From assembly GCA_905178155.1 (NCBI GenBank), contig CAJINV010000012.1, forward strand, positions 1,114,609-1,178,608: DNA of 64,000 bases, read 5' to 3'. Shown piece by piece: positions 36,080-49,600 of the stretch. Within the stretch, counting starts at the first letter, position 1. Each line of letters starts with the position of its first letter. Made by a program: the position numbers and the translations under genes. The stretch comes from Amoebophrya sp. A120 (lineage: Eukaryota > Protista > Dinoflagellata). The notes beneath the pieces were generated by a model. That model was not told where the DNA came from. It made no database searches and saw only the letters and a program-made list of their open reading frames with translations.

Positions 36080-37422
36080 CCGCCGAGCTTGCCGGGACGC
36101 AACCCAAGCAGCGCGGAGCCGGAGGCACGGCGTTCGCGGCTCCAACACATTCTAACCGCCACGCTCGTGTAAGTAAAGCTGCTTGCCCCCTCATCTTGCA
36201 TTACCAAGCGGTCGCTCATACACTACTCAAAACGTGCTCGTCGCGCTTGTTCACACACACAGACTCGCTCTCACTACTCACCTCGCGCTCAACAAAGTTT
36301 CAAAACACAAAAAGTAGCACCACGCCTCGCTATCTCTCATGGACAATAATGTAACACCTTCCTACTTTCCGAAACATAAGAGCCGGCGCCAATGTTCGTC
36401 TTGGCTTTTTCCTCCCTCTTTGTGTTGTTCCTCAAGGAACTTCGCTTTCTGCATGGCAGATTGAATCCCGTCGCTCTGCCTGGGCGCCCCGGGCGGCGTG
36501 CGCGTCGATGACACTGGGCTCGGCGCCCCCGGCTGCACGGCCCGGGCGGGCTGGCGCGCGACTGATATCTATAGCCAGGCCGCCCGACGAGGGGGCCTGG
36601 CCAACACGACCAGCGGAGCCTTTTACCATGACAGACTCGGCCCAGGCGGCGGTGGGCTCGCTGACAAGGCCGGCAGCGGCAAGCCAAAAAGCCACACAGA
36701 CCCGCCCACGGGGCCACACTGCAACGCAAAACACGCAACACACCGCAGGCCCGGGGCCAGCCAATGCAGGGCATCCGGTTGGCCCCGCAAGCGCAGTGGG
36801 CGCGCTGGCTTGGCAGGCGAGGCGGAAAAGAGGACAGGCACGCGCGCCACGGCAACCAAGACGCTGCGCGCGCGACTGCTCGGCCGAGCCGGCCGATGTG
36901 TCGGGGCGCGCGCGCCGGCGCCGCGCGCGTCTTCGTTCCTGGGCTGCTTGTTGGCCGACGGTCGCCGCACGGGCTGCCCTCGCCGCGATATTCTTCATTG
37001 CCTTCTTCGCAATATTCTTCATCGCCGTTTTCGCCACGCCCCCGCCGGGCTTGCCGGGAAGCAGCCCACAAGACAGGCAGCGCGCAGTTGGAGGCGCGGC
37101 GTTTGCGGCTCCGTAACATTCTAGCCTTCCTGTTCGTTTGTTTTTGAGCGAAGCTTGCCCTTGCGTTACTCAGTGCCGGTCGCTCATCAACTACTTACTC
37201 AAAAAATGCGCGCGTTCTTTCACACGCACAGACTCGGAAATCTCTGTCTCTCACCTCCTGCTCAACAGTGTTTCACAAGACTAAAGGCCTACGTCTCCTG
37301 TCTTTCATGGACTATACCTTAACACATTGCTACTTGCATTCCAAAACAGCAGAGCTGCCGCCAATTTTCGTTCGAGGCTGTTCCTTCCTCTTTGTGTTGT
37401 TTCTCAAGGAATTTCGCTTTCT
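36080..37422 (+). repeat. Diverged ~370-bp direct repeat pair (36080-36450 and 37040-37422)
   Basis: Shared GCGGCTCC..ACATTCTA, GGTCGCTCAT, CACAGACTCG and CTCTTTGTGTTGTT.CTCAAGGAA.TTCGCTTTCT. Confidence 0.75.
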
Positions 37423-38033
37423 TCGAAAAGTTGTTCCTTGGTGAGGAAATCTTGAATGAGAGAGATGAGAGACGTTTCACTTTGCGAGCTTCTTGAGAGA
37501 TGATGAGACACAGTAGACAGTAAACCTAAAGAGAGATGATGAGATGAGACGCAGATGGTCTTCATCTGTGCGAAATCCCTATCGTTATCACCCGTTGGTT
37601 GGAAACAAGGATAGAGAGTTCTGCCTGTAGTTGAAAATGATAAAAGAGAGAGATGAGAGATGATGAGTACAACAGAAACAACGTGGCTGCAGAAACGCAG
37701 TTCTTCGACATGGTGGTTGATGTATCACGTATTGTACAGTACAAAAGCATTATTGTACAGAAGAGTAGTCTCCACCGGGGCTATTGGTACATTTTTTTGG
37801 GAGGATCATTACAGGAAGTAGTAGAAACAAGCATTTACAGTTCCATTTAGCAGCGCATTACTTTTAGGTGCAAAAACACATACACAGGTGTGCAACACGT
37901 AGACGTAGCAGGAGGAGCCTGACCAGCAATTACAGCTGCAAAGTCATGGCTCTATTATTTGAAATGCAACGCGTTCCACCCTCCACTTCCCTTCCAGACC
38001 CTGCAGCAAAACGACCTTCTATCCGCCAATCTT

Positions 38034-39949
38034 CTACACGATCAGCTGATATGCGGTTTTTTTCTCCGCGAGCTCGTGCAAGGCGCCCGGGCCACCGGTC
38101 AAGCGGTTAAATGCGTCCCGGTTCAACACCAGCAATTTGCAGTCCGTCACCGCTTTGATCGTGCACTGCCGCTTCTGGTCTTCCAGTAAAGCTAATTCTC
38201 CAAAGAAATCACCCGGTTTCGTGTACTCCAACACCTGTTTTTCCTCCCCCTCTTCCCCTTCCTTTTTCAACGCCACGCAACTCCCCTTTTCCAGAATGAA
38301 AAACTCCGAGCCGACCGCGTCTTGTTTGATGATAATTTGTATCAAATGCAAATAGGTCATCTGGGTCTGGAAAGATGCAGGAACTTGTGATGCTACCTTT
38401 GGATTCTACATAAAATCTGTACTGCATGAACAGCAAAAGAGGTGCAATTTGTGCTACGTGGAAGGGCATTTCTCATGCGAAATGAGCATCAGAAAGCCCT
38501 CGCAGAATCTCTGATGCTAGGGCATGCATCACAGACCTCATGGGTGATGCAAAATCTGCATGACAAACTCCTGCATTCTTCCAGACCCAGACATTTTTGC
38601 AGTTGATAATCTGGTTTGCCTTCACCTCCCGTTCCACGATCCCGTCTACGATTTGCGACTTCTTCGTCTGCTCGATCCTCTGGAAGAGTGGGACTTTGTT
38701 CAGAAACTCCAAAATCATGTCGCGTTTGCTTTTATTCGTGGTTTGCAACACGGCGTTGTAATTTTTCCGGGTCAAGTTCCAAATAATCGTCGATTCTTTC
38801 GTGCAAACGACGGTGAAATCCCGGTTTTTCTGGTGCAAGACCGCCATCTCGTCGATGATGTTGTTGTCGTTTTTGTTCAAAGGTTTTGGCGTCACAATTT
38901 TCACCAACTGCTCATTTGGATCCGCGAGATCATCGTCTCGTAAGTGAACTTCGCCGTGATCGAGAATGGAAAGGTAGTCTGCGTTGGCGGACTTTTTGTA
39001 CAAGACATCCCCGGGTTCTAGTGGAACTTCCTCCATCGCGTCGATGAGTTTCTGCAAAGATTCCTCCGAAAGCTTCTCGAACAGGACGGACCTTACCTGA
39101 TAGAACAAGATGAAGATATTTATCCACGACCGGATCCCGAAGATGATCATCACAGGGAAAAAGCAAAAACTTCGATTCCTGTATATTAAGTTATTGCTAA
39201 TCTAGCAGCTGTAAAGCGTGGTCGGATACTAGTACCATGTTGACTACATCAAGCTCAAAAAGAAACCAGAAATCAGCCTACAATCTATCAATTATCCGTA
39301 GTAGTTCTAAGTATATTTGTACCAGCGTATTCCGCAACCTCTTCCTTTGGCTATCGCTTTTCGCGAATACGGGCACAACTTCCTCACCCTCCATGACCGG
39401 CCCGGGCGACAGTCCCCTACTTCTGGGCGACGACGCCACCGCTCGTCGTTTTTCCGCATTTCTATTCGGTGCGACCAAATCCGCGTCGTCTAGAAGCAAC
39501 TCGTCGTCCGTTTCCAGTCCCGTCATCTCGCCAGATTCGGGATTTATCCCATCTTGTCCCGCCGCTTCCCCCTCCCCCTCGACCGGCTTCGCCAACGCCG
39601 CGGCTTCTTCCTGTTCCTGTTTCGCTAACGCTTCCTCCTCCATCTGAATCCTTTTCTCGACCGCGGCCTTTTCCAAAGACCCTAACGCCCGCCCGCATTG
39701 GTTGATCTTCTCGTTTAGCTGCTTGTTTTCATCCAGCAACAAGTCGTACTGTGTGGAGACCGTGTTCTTTCGCAAATTGCACCAGGCCAGGAGGTAATTT
39801 GTCGGATCTTGGTCGAGTTTGGCGCAGAACAAAGCGTCCATCACCATGTCTTCGAGAAGGGGGTTCAGCGTATCGCGGACGTATTTCTTCTTGGCGTCGC
39901 TGATGTTCAGCTTCTCCAAATCGTCGGAATTCACGTTGCCGGGCGGCAT
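38034..39949 (-). CDS. Divergent PKA regulatory-subunit-like protein with two cNMP-binding domains
   Basis: N-terminal dimerisation/docking-like segment (KKYVRDTLNPLLEDMV...DPTNYLLAW), pseudosubstrate-like KRRAV, degenerate domain A (IIDEMAVLHQKNRDFTV), domain B (FFGELALLEDQKRQCTI). GT-AG intron at about 39097-39322 and one introner. Confidence 0.85.
38340..38608. mobile_element. Introner family A
   Basis: TIRs, TSD ATTTG/ATCTG. Confidence 0.9.
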
Positions 39950-40646
39950 GGTCAGACTGTGGATGTGGTGGAGTTTTTTTACGAATCAAAATTATGGGGC
40001 TACTGTACAACTGTGAGAACCAAGTGCTTCTTGGGGAAATAATGTACTGATAGCGCAGAACAATGGGAATGAAACCAAGTTGAGGTCCTGATGTTCAAGG
40101 AAAAGTAGAGAAAGCGACATGTTGCACTACTGTTCGACTGACAGTTTGATGAGGCATAGGCGCCGCGGAAAAAGAATCCGTTTTCGTACGAGGATCCGCA
40201 AATAAATGCTGTACGAGGGACGATGTGGTCTGAACGAGACTTCTTGTCAGAAGGTTTTATTTCAGTCCTTAACACAGGCTTAGTCAAGCAGGAGCTATCG
40301 ATGGACGAAATGAACCGAAATAATGGACGAAATCTTCACACCGATAGTAAAATCCAAATCCTGTCTTCATGCGTTTCCACAAACCGAGAGGATCTGAGGA
40401 GGAGGCACTTACAACTCAAGGACAGACCGATTATTGCTGTGTTGTCTCAAATTCAATTTCATCTTCTAGGGCGGGCTTTTCATCCTGACACTCTACCTTG
40501 CGGATACGGAAACAAGGAGCTTGTTCCGTGCAATTGCAGACAGAAACAAATGAAATCGACTTCGACAGCAGATACTGACTGGTAGTTACAAAAAAGAAAT
40601 TATCAAACTTGTGTCGCAAAAGAAACAAGTAGTTAGAAAACAGAAG

Positions 40647-43600
40647 TCAATACGCATCTCCCCCCGCCGTTTCCGCGTCTGTGATTCCGTTATGCATTGC
40701 AAAAGTATCGTACTAGTAGTATCGTACTAGTAGAAATAGCATTACAGATTTATTCAGAAGGAAAAATGGAATTTGTAATGCTGAATGAGCTAAGGGACCA
40801 GATTTGTCATGCATGACTGCAATTACTACGAGTACGATAAATATCCCCTCGTACAAAGCACCAACGACGCTCATGAGCAAAAGTCTCTAACTGGTACGAA
40901 AGGAGAAATGATGTAGGTAGGTGCGTGGAAACCAACTAAACCGACATCAAATGGGAGACACAGTCTGCACAACCGAGAAACACTTTTTGGAAGTCAACGT
41001 GCGTAGAGCGGGCTCCGAGACGGGGATAACACCGATCGAAGTCCGGGGAAGATCGCAAGGTCTGAGTATAACACGCACGAGGACGGTCTACAACGGCATG
41101 CAGAGCTACTAGGTGTCGTAAATGTCGTAGCGTCAGCAACATGGGTGAGGAGAAGCTACGACACAAGTCGGAGTAGCTTAGCGGTGGGAGTACAAAATAC
41201 AAAGTCACAAGAGTCTAAAGCCGGTGGTAGAAACAAAGAGAACAGGTAGAGACGAAATGAACGACGTTGGAGCAGTTTCCGCATGTGTATATTTATCTTA
41301 GCAAATATCCCCTCGTACAAAGCACCAACGACGCTCATGAGCAAAAATCTCTAACTGGTACGAAAGGAGAAATGATGGAGGTAGGTGCGTGGAAACCAAC
41401 TAAACCGACATCAAATGGGAGACACAGTCTGCACAACCGAGAAACACTTTTTGGAAGTCAACGTGCGTAGAGCGGGCTCCGAGACGGGGATAACACCGAT
41501 CGAAGTCCGGGGAAGATCGCAAGGTCTGAGTATAACACGCACGAGGACGGTCTACAACGGCATGCAGAGCTACTAGGTGTCTCATAGTCGCTGGCTAACG
41601 CAGCACAAATGGTTTGATCACGCCAACTGTGACCGGGATCTACGTTGCATATGTGGAACGGGATCAAGATCAAAGAGGAACGACGGAGGGCAGGCATATT
41701 TCTAGTATCGCCTGCAGTACTCGTGGCCATTTGTGTGACGGTGTTGTGTCATTATGAAAAGTGCAGAAATGTTCACAAAATGATGTACATTCAGCTCGAA
41801 GAGCACAGCACGCTGAAACATGATTTCATTTGTGCAATGCGAGAAGTTTGAAACAAAGCGCGAAACAGGTGAAATGGTGATAGCTCTTTAGTGTGAAACT
41901 TCGCTACCGCTAGCATTGTACAAACTGAAGAAGGACACAACATCCGTGCCGGAAGCAGCATGCGTCTGCGAGACCATGCGGGCTTCCGACTCGTTCTGGA
42001 GGGGACGATGGATCGGCTTGTAGTGTCTCTGGTGGATGTCGTGATCTTCTACTGTAAAATGCGCTTGGGTAGCTGGGTGAAGGTCGAAGCGGTGGCGGAG
42101 ATAGAGCTCCGCGTCCACGGAATAGTCGCGCTCCCACTCGGTGGAGTTGGGCGACCAGAGAAACCAACTATTGACCTTTTCCTTGTATGCTGCGTACTGG
42201 GCGCGCTGCTGGGGTGTGCCGCCCGGTAAATAGCCCAGCATCATGGAGCGCAGGCGTAATGCGATCGCTAGGCCGCGGCGGATTCCATACGGATTGGTTT
42301 TCAGTGTGGCTGCTATGTGCTCCAGGTCACTCCTGGATGCTGGTAGTACGTCGGGAAAGAAGATGCCCGCCGGTAGGTGCACCTGCAGTGTGCATCATGA
42401 TGGTAGTGAAATAAAAGAATGATCTACGTTGCGAATCCGGCCAGAAAGCCAGTTCATCGCTGAGGCTGAATCAAAAAAGGTTGAAGAAGCGTAGGAGTAC
42501 CATATTGAGTTCGCCCGGAGACTCGTCAACTTTAACATCCCGCGCATGCGCCATCACATGGCCTGGGATCTTGCTGCTCGGCAGGGCTTTTTGGCCGGAG
42601 ATGCTCTCGAAGCTGATGGGCCTCAGGCCGCTCGTCCACCACATGACGAAGATCTTCTGGTGTCTCACGGATAGTTTTGCAGTTTCGGGAAAGGAGGGCG
42701 GGCAGGCTCGGGTGCGTGTGTACTGCCGCTGCATCCTCTTAAGCGTTTCGTACGTTTGCGATTGGCACTGCTGCCTCCACGGCTGTATGAAAGGGTGAAA
42801 AACCGGAGGTGAAGGCAAAGGGAGAGGTGACATTGACAACTTTTGCACTACTACACCTGAGCCTGGGCACAGGATGGAAACGAAAGAGGAAATATACAAA
42901 CTCATGCAGGTTCATGCGAAGATGGCTCAGCGGGGGTGGGACATAAAACAGAGGCGCACCACCTGGATGCAAGATGAAGATCGCAGCCTACCTCTCCCTC
43001 TGTATTCATATAGATTTTCACTCTGGATAGGCTGCTTGCGCTCCAAACCGTGCAGGCTGCGGAGCCTCTGGCACACGAGGGAGACGCATGCCTTCACGTC
43101 CTTGTACCCATGCTGGACAAGGTAGTCGGCGAAGTCCAGCACGTCGCTGAACTTGATGTCGGGGTGTGCGTTTTGAATATCCTGCACCTGCTTGGTGGTC
43201 GTCACCGTACGAATGTCAAGGAGCCAATCCTTGTGGTTTTGCGTGAGGCAGTAGTGCGACCAGAGTCGCCAAAAAGCGTTCCGCTGCGCCAAGGTCTTCG
43301 GCGGGTACCACTTCTCTTCTGGCCACACCAGGAAGACAGTGGCGTCGTCTAGTGGGTACTGATCCCGGAAGGACGCCGGCACCAGTGCTGCAGCACGGGT
43401 GTTGTCGCTCTCGCTGGACCACTTTGGGAAATCAACTCGCACTCCATTGTAGAAGTTGCACTGTCTCCCAGCTGCCTCGCCTATAGGATCCTTAGGCAAC
43501 TGCTTTGGCAATTTTGCTGCTGCTCGCTCGTGGTCAAGGAGGGCTAGGCCGTCGGTGAACATTTTTCCTTCAAACAAGCTCTGCCCTGTGCAGAGCTAAG

Positions 43601-46600
43601 ATGGTGCAACGCGTGCGCCGCTCAATCCTATCGCGCGGCCTGCTCAGGTCTGCGTGGATCACTTGATTCTACATAAATTATACAACGCGCAACGTGTCGC
43701 GTTTTTTGGAAAAGTTTGTTACAAAACGCGATGGGAAAACAGGTGTCGTGCCAAGTTTAATTTTTACAAGATAAGAACTACTCCAGAAGTAAGTCGACCA
43801 TGTTCTCCTCCATTTCTTTCGCAAAAGCTCGGATCTCACTCCAAATCTGCTCATCTGAAAACTGAAAATCTACATTGTAAGTCTTTTGTAAAAGCTCGAG
43901 CAGATCAGTGCGGGTCGTGGCGTCCGCAGGGTTGACAGTAGTGTTGATGTAGCAGTAGTGCCACAGAGTTTGCGGGTTCTTGTGGGCCCAGGCACAAAGT
44001 GCACTAATTGCACTAGTGCTAACAGCGTTCTTCAATGACCCCGAGCAGATGCCAGCTACTGCGCCTGCATTATCGCAATGCAGCAGCGAGTTTTTGCCCT
44101 CGAGGTGTGTGGCAAAGAGCCGCTGCGCGATCGCAGCAGCCAGAATCTCGTACGTAAGTATGGACCCTCTGCGGAGGATCGGGGGCAGTTGTGACTGCTT
44201 CGTGTGAAGCGAGAAGCCAACTGTCCGCTGCTTGTGCTGGAAGAGAGTGGCGCCAATGGCCACCTCGTCCCGCTTGAAGCTGGCGTCGCTCATAACATGG
44301 GCACGCTCCCGGATCATTCCCAGCCTGACGATGTCTGTGGTGTCTCGTAGCTGGATGATTTTCTTGACCTTGTTCAGAATGATGCACAAGCTCTGCCGTG
44401 TGGTGGGCTGCGCTACTAGGCGGAAAAAATCTTTCTCCGAGGCGGTAAGCCGGTACAAGTGCTGCAGGATCGGGATGCCACGCCGGAACTTCCGGCTGTG
44501 CATCACATGGATCAAAAGCCCCTGCATGCGCTGGAGGTTTTTGAATGTGCAAAAATTCCGGCACTTGTCGGCGGCGAAGGTGGCCACTAGCTTGTCACAC
44601 TCCTCCGAGATCCGCGCGACCTTCTTTTCCGGGACGTAAAGCGAGATCTTCGCGGCGGTTTTGTGGCAGGCGATGCCCAGCAGCTCGCAGGTCTCACCCG
44701 TGCGGCAAGTTTCGTGCTTTTCCGGTGCTATGGCCACGCCGATGGTGGCGAGGAAGCGCCGGAATGCTGCCTCGTCCACTGGGATCAATTCGTCTGAACC
44801 GACGTACATGATATCATCCACATACACAAAGCAAGGAATCCGCAAAACTTTGTTGACGTAGTGGGACACCAATTCCGACACTGTTCCACAGAATCCGTAG
44901 ATACTGTGAACATTGCCGAAGTTCAGGGCGAAAAGCTTGCCGAAGACCATCTTCTTCTTGAAGGGGTCGAATATCTGAAACTTGTTCAGCTCCGGACGCT
45001 TCACGGCGCATTGGAAATACGCTTGAAACAAGTCGTCTTTTGCAATCGCGGGGAGAAAGCTGTGACCTTTAAAGTCCGGCTTCGGCTTTGGCAACGCCTT
45101 CACATGCTTCCAGGTGTACTTCTCGTTGTACTTCCGCGCGATCTGCCTACCCTTCGCGATGGACTGGCTGACATCGGCGCGGTCCTGCCAGAAGGCGTCG
45201 GAGTACTCGGGGTTGGCGCAGTATGCGACTCCCTCGATAATTTCCGGCAACCCCGGCAAACTCATCTTCTCGCTTTGCGGTGACAGGTGGTCATTGACCG
45301 GGCCGTCGTTGGAGATCGGCCGGACCTTCGCGAACGCTCCGGTCTCGTCGTTGAGACGCTGGCCAAGGCCGAAGATACTGGAAAACCAGTCGCCTCGGCT
45401 CTTGGCTTCCGCCAACTCCTCCGGCGTTAGCTCGACGGCCAGACCGGCGTCAATGAGCTTTGAGTACGCTGTGAAGCTGCGCTGCTGCACATCTTCGGTC
45501 TCGAAGGACCTGGATGTGCAGTGGGCCAATATGACATGTAGTCGCGCTAGAAGAAAACCTCGCAAGAAGGCTAGAAAATGGAACTTGCTCAGGCGTAAAA
45601 CAGAAAAGGAGAAAAGTATAAGAATACCACGGCCCCGACCGTATCTTGGCAAAAGACTGCAGACCTGCATGTCGCTCGGGGTCGTAGAAGTCGAACTGGG
45701 TGAGGGTTTTCATGTACTCAGGCGAGAGGGGCTTGGCGTTTTCCCATGCTTTGAACACAGGGACGCGCCCCCGCGTCAGGAAGCCCGTGTTGATGAAACC
45801 CGAGGCCCCGAAGGCTCGCCTCCTCGACCACTTGTCCCCGAAATTGGCGTCGCGCGCGGCGAGTAGCATCGCCATCGCGTCGCACTCTCGAGTTGGAAAC
45901 AGTGGGTCCTTCCCGATGTACATCGCGTTCACCCTGCGCACGTGGTCGGGCTTTGCCTTCGTGTACAAATCTCGCAGCTCTGTGCTCAGCTGCACCCTGC
46001 GATCGAAATCGGACAGGACGCGATCTAGCCGCGCGGTTTCGTCGCTCACCGCCGTGCTGGCGGGCAAAGCGTCGACGCCCCGGAGGTGGTCGATCGCATC
46101 TTTTTTGAACTGGGGCAATTTTGGCATTTTCGAGGGGGGGGCGAAAGCAAAAAAGGAGAAGGGCTTGCTGCTACACTAACACTACTGTCGCTGCTATGCC
46201 ACGATGGAAATTCTCGAAAATACTAGTTCTTTACTGAGAGCGGAATGTCGAGTACAAAAGTCAAGCCGTGCTAGTTACGAAAACGAAGCGTGCTCCTTAC
46301 GAGTAGAACTTCCCCATGTTCATGCACTGTGACTGCTGTGCGCGACTTAGCCAACCCCCACGACAGGCTACTCTGCTGTGCTCTGACCCGTCTACTGACA
46401 CAGAAAAATCTCCCGTATGTGTAAATAGTAGGACGAGAACTTCGTAGAGCGAGCCCCACCGAGAACGCTTGTAGCGCAGCGAGAGTCGAGAATGCGAGAT
46501 GCTTCAAGGCGTTGCACCGCTATCACAATCAGAGAGGAGACTAGAGCAAGCCCGGGCATTTAGCTCGAGCCTGGGCACCTGAATCGCTTTCAATTCCCTG

Positions 46601-49600
46601 CGTTGCATCTTGCTTATCGCTACTGTGATCAGCACAAGGCGATCCGGTAGGGTCGTTGCCAATTCGCTTGCTCCGTCGAGGTCGTACAAACAAGCGCTCC
46701 GGTGCGTTCGCTAAAAACTGTCTTCCGATCGCGATCGGAAAAAATAGAGTCGGTGTGATTTCTGGTCCGAAAAATAATACAAATCGATAGCCATTCGGCA
46801 GCGTCTTAATGCAGAGAAAACTCGAAGAATCGTAGTCGAACGTGAGCGATTCATGCTGGCTGCTACAACATCGGTCTTTGCCGCAAAGGTAGTGTGGGTG
46901 GTAGTCAAATTTTAAAGATTAATTCTCATCGACAAGAGCGAATGCGTGTCACAAACTAGGGAGCGAAAGATCTATAAGCGAGCTACGGCGGGTGCTGTTC
47001 ATGCTTTCCGCCTTTCTTCCCTTTCTCGCCCTTCGTCTTCCCGTCGCCCTTGCTGGCCTTTTTTCCCGCGCCTTTCTTCCCGGCGGGGGCGGGCGGGTTG
47101 GTCCACTGGGAGATGTCGACCGTGGCGTTGAAATTTTCCGTGTGGTACTTGGTGCTTGCGGGGTGGCCGCCATTATCACGCTCGCACTTGTCGCCCCATT
47201 TGCAGTACATCACGTCGTCGCTCCCGGGCAGGCGGAAGCCGCACAATCCGCCGCAGAACAGGGTGCAGATGGTGGCGTTCTTCCGGATCGTTTCCACTTC
47301 CGTGCAGTACGCTGCCGCGAGGCCCGGCCGGGTGAAGGAGAGGGCGGCTGCGAAGCCGGTCTCCGTGCCCCTCCCCGCTCCCGGGGTATAACCTGTGGCT
47401 ATTTTGTGAATACAGAAAGAGATGCGTGATTTTTAAGCGTAAACGGCCGTCAGTAGAAAATCTGCAAAAACATGTGCAAAAACTAGGAAAACGCCCCCGC
47501 GTATGTGATCGGGATCGATGGTTTCTAGGCGTAAACGGCTACCGAAATTGAACAGCAAACTACAAGGGAATAGCTAAAAAGCTGCACCAGTCGGCGCACC
47601 CGCCGCGGCGGCTGTGTGCGTGGCTGTCGGTGCTGCTGTGGCCGAAGCGCCACCAGTGGTAGCGGAGGTAGTGCTAGTGTTGGTCGATCCAGTCCAACCG
47701 CCACCACCCCCCGCACCTTTCGTCGTCGCCGCCTGCTTTGGGGCCGGTTTGCTGATCTGGTAACCAAAAGTCCCGTCCTTCTCCTGTACCTTGCGCAGCT
47801 CCGCATGTGCGGTTCTGTCGAACGGCCGGACATCATCAGCAAGGCCCGCAATGGCCTTGACAAACTCCTTGGTGGAAATTTGCGGACTATTCGCCTCCGT
47901 GGCTATGCAGAGTTCGGCGTAGAGCAGGATCAGGTGCGGGAGAGAGCAGTCGGATTTCTCCCCGGTGAACTTCTTCAGCGTCTTCTGGTCGCTGAGCCGC
48001 TGTCGCAGGCTCGTGTACTTGTCCAGTGCGCTGCTTTTCCAAAGAGACGTCCCGGCGAACGGGATAAGCAGGAACAGTTCCGGGAGGTTGTGCTTGCACA
48101 GGAGTTTGTTCACATTTGTCAAGTCGCCGTGCTGCACATCGGATCCATGCATGGTGCTGAAGGATCGGCATTCTTCGAAGATCTTCTTCACCAGCACCTT
48201 GATCTCCAGAAATTTCACACCGGGGAAAAGTCGCTGCGTTTGCGCGTTCAGTGCGCCCCGGCCGATAAGGACCACCTGGTGGAATTCATCGATTGTTTTT
48301 GCGGTGCGCGGCCATCCGAAAGGAACGAGCAGGTCGGACTTGGAAACTTTCTTGCTGACGTTCGCGCAAAAGTCGTCGAAACTGGGCTCGTCGAAGAGGT
48401 TGCTCATCAGGCAGAGGACCATGTCCTGCACAAAGTTCGTCTTTTCCAGGGTGGAAACTTTGCTACTGTATCTGCCAAGCACACCCTGCGACAGGATGGC
48501 GCCGCAGATTGGGTTCCCGAGGTCCTTGCCGACGTACGTAGTGCCCTTCCGGGCGCACTCCGCGGCTGCTTCGAACTCCGGCTGTACCTCTTCGCAGAGG
48601 AAGCAGAAAAACCTGCGTGCGTAAAACAAGAGATATTGTTGGGTGGAAGAACCGGAAATGCAAACGAGCTCATAAGTGGGTGGCCTGACAAATGTGTAGC
48701 ATAGAGGAGACGGAGCAAAAGAAATATACGACGGGTTCGGGCGTCCCTTGTTGTTCACCAGCAGGCTGCCCCAATGCTTCAGCGGTGGGTTGTATCCGGC
48801 TGGTGCCCTGGAGAAGTACTTGGTGAGGTAATCGTCGTCGTCTATCCACTGCTGTAGCCCTTCTTTCGAGCGCGGCTGGAAGTTCGAGCGCATGACCTGG
48901 CCGGTACTCAGGTTGACCAGTGCGAAGGTCCCGGCGGATGCTGGTAGCTGCTGCTGCTGCTGCTGGGCCCCCGCCTGCTGCAGCATGCCGATGCCCTGGT
49001 ATGACGCGTCCGCCAGGAGTCCCATGGGGTTTGCCTGGGCTGGCTCGGCGGCTGCTGTCACATCGGGTTTGACCGCGTTGGCTCGGCGGAGCTTCCGCAG
49101 CGCTAGACGGTCTGCTTGCGATTGGAGGCCACCTGGAGGACAAAAATTGCATCAATGAATTATATATCCAGGGAAGCTTACGCATACGCTGTGCTGTGAA
49201 ATGCTAGCGCAGAAAAGACGAAATAGGAAGCACGTGTAACTGTGTACAGTTCTGCAACCCAAAGTGCTTCCCGCGCACCGCTCCTGAGGAGTCGGAAGAT
49301 GCTCCGCCGCTGCTAGGCGGGGAGGCCACGCGCGCCCTTTTGTTTACGTTCTGCTGTGGTGAGGCGGGCATCGGTGGGTGTCCCATGATCGGCTGCGCGG
49401 CGCTGGTGTCCGTGTCGCCTCGCGCTTTCAAGTCTTCCTTCTTCTTCTTTACAAAGTCGTCCATGTGCTCGCGAGCTGCTTGCACTTCGTTCGCCGAACA
49501 GCTTTTGAACGGCCAGTCACGCGGAGCGGCGACTGGTTGCTGCTGCTGTGCTGCTTGCTGCAGGTTCTCGGGCTGCTGGGGCGGCGCCGAGGAGGAGGAC

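Noticed and set aside
33747-37147. Long overlapping Arg/Ala/Pro-rich ORFs
   Set aside because: They are expected by chance in very GC-rich DNA and show no domain signal.
40839-41581. LTR pair or tandem-repeat artefact
   Set aside because: There are no TG..CA ends, TSD or integrase. The layout fits split direct repeats together with 51686-51796.
43290-43350. DIRS-type methyltransferase domain (ATVFLVWPEEKWYP)
   Set aside because: Only a faint resemblance, and no NPPF/DPPY-like catalytic motif was seen.
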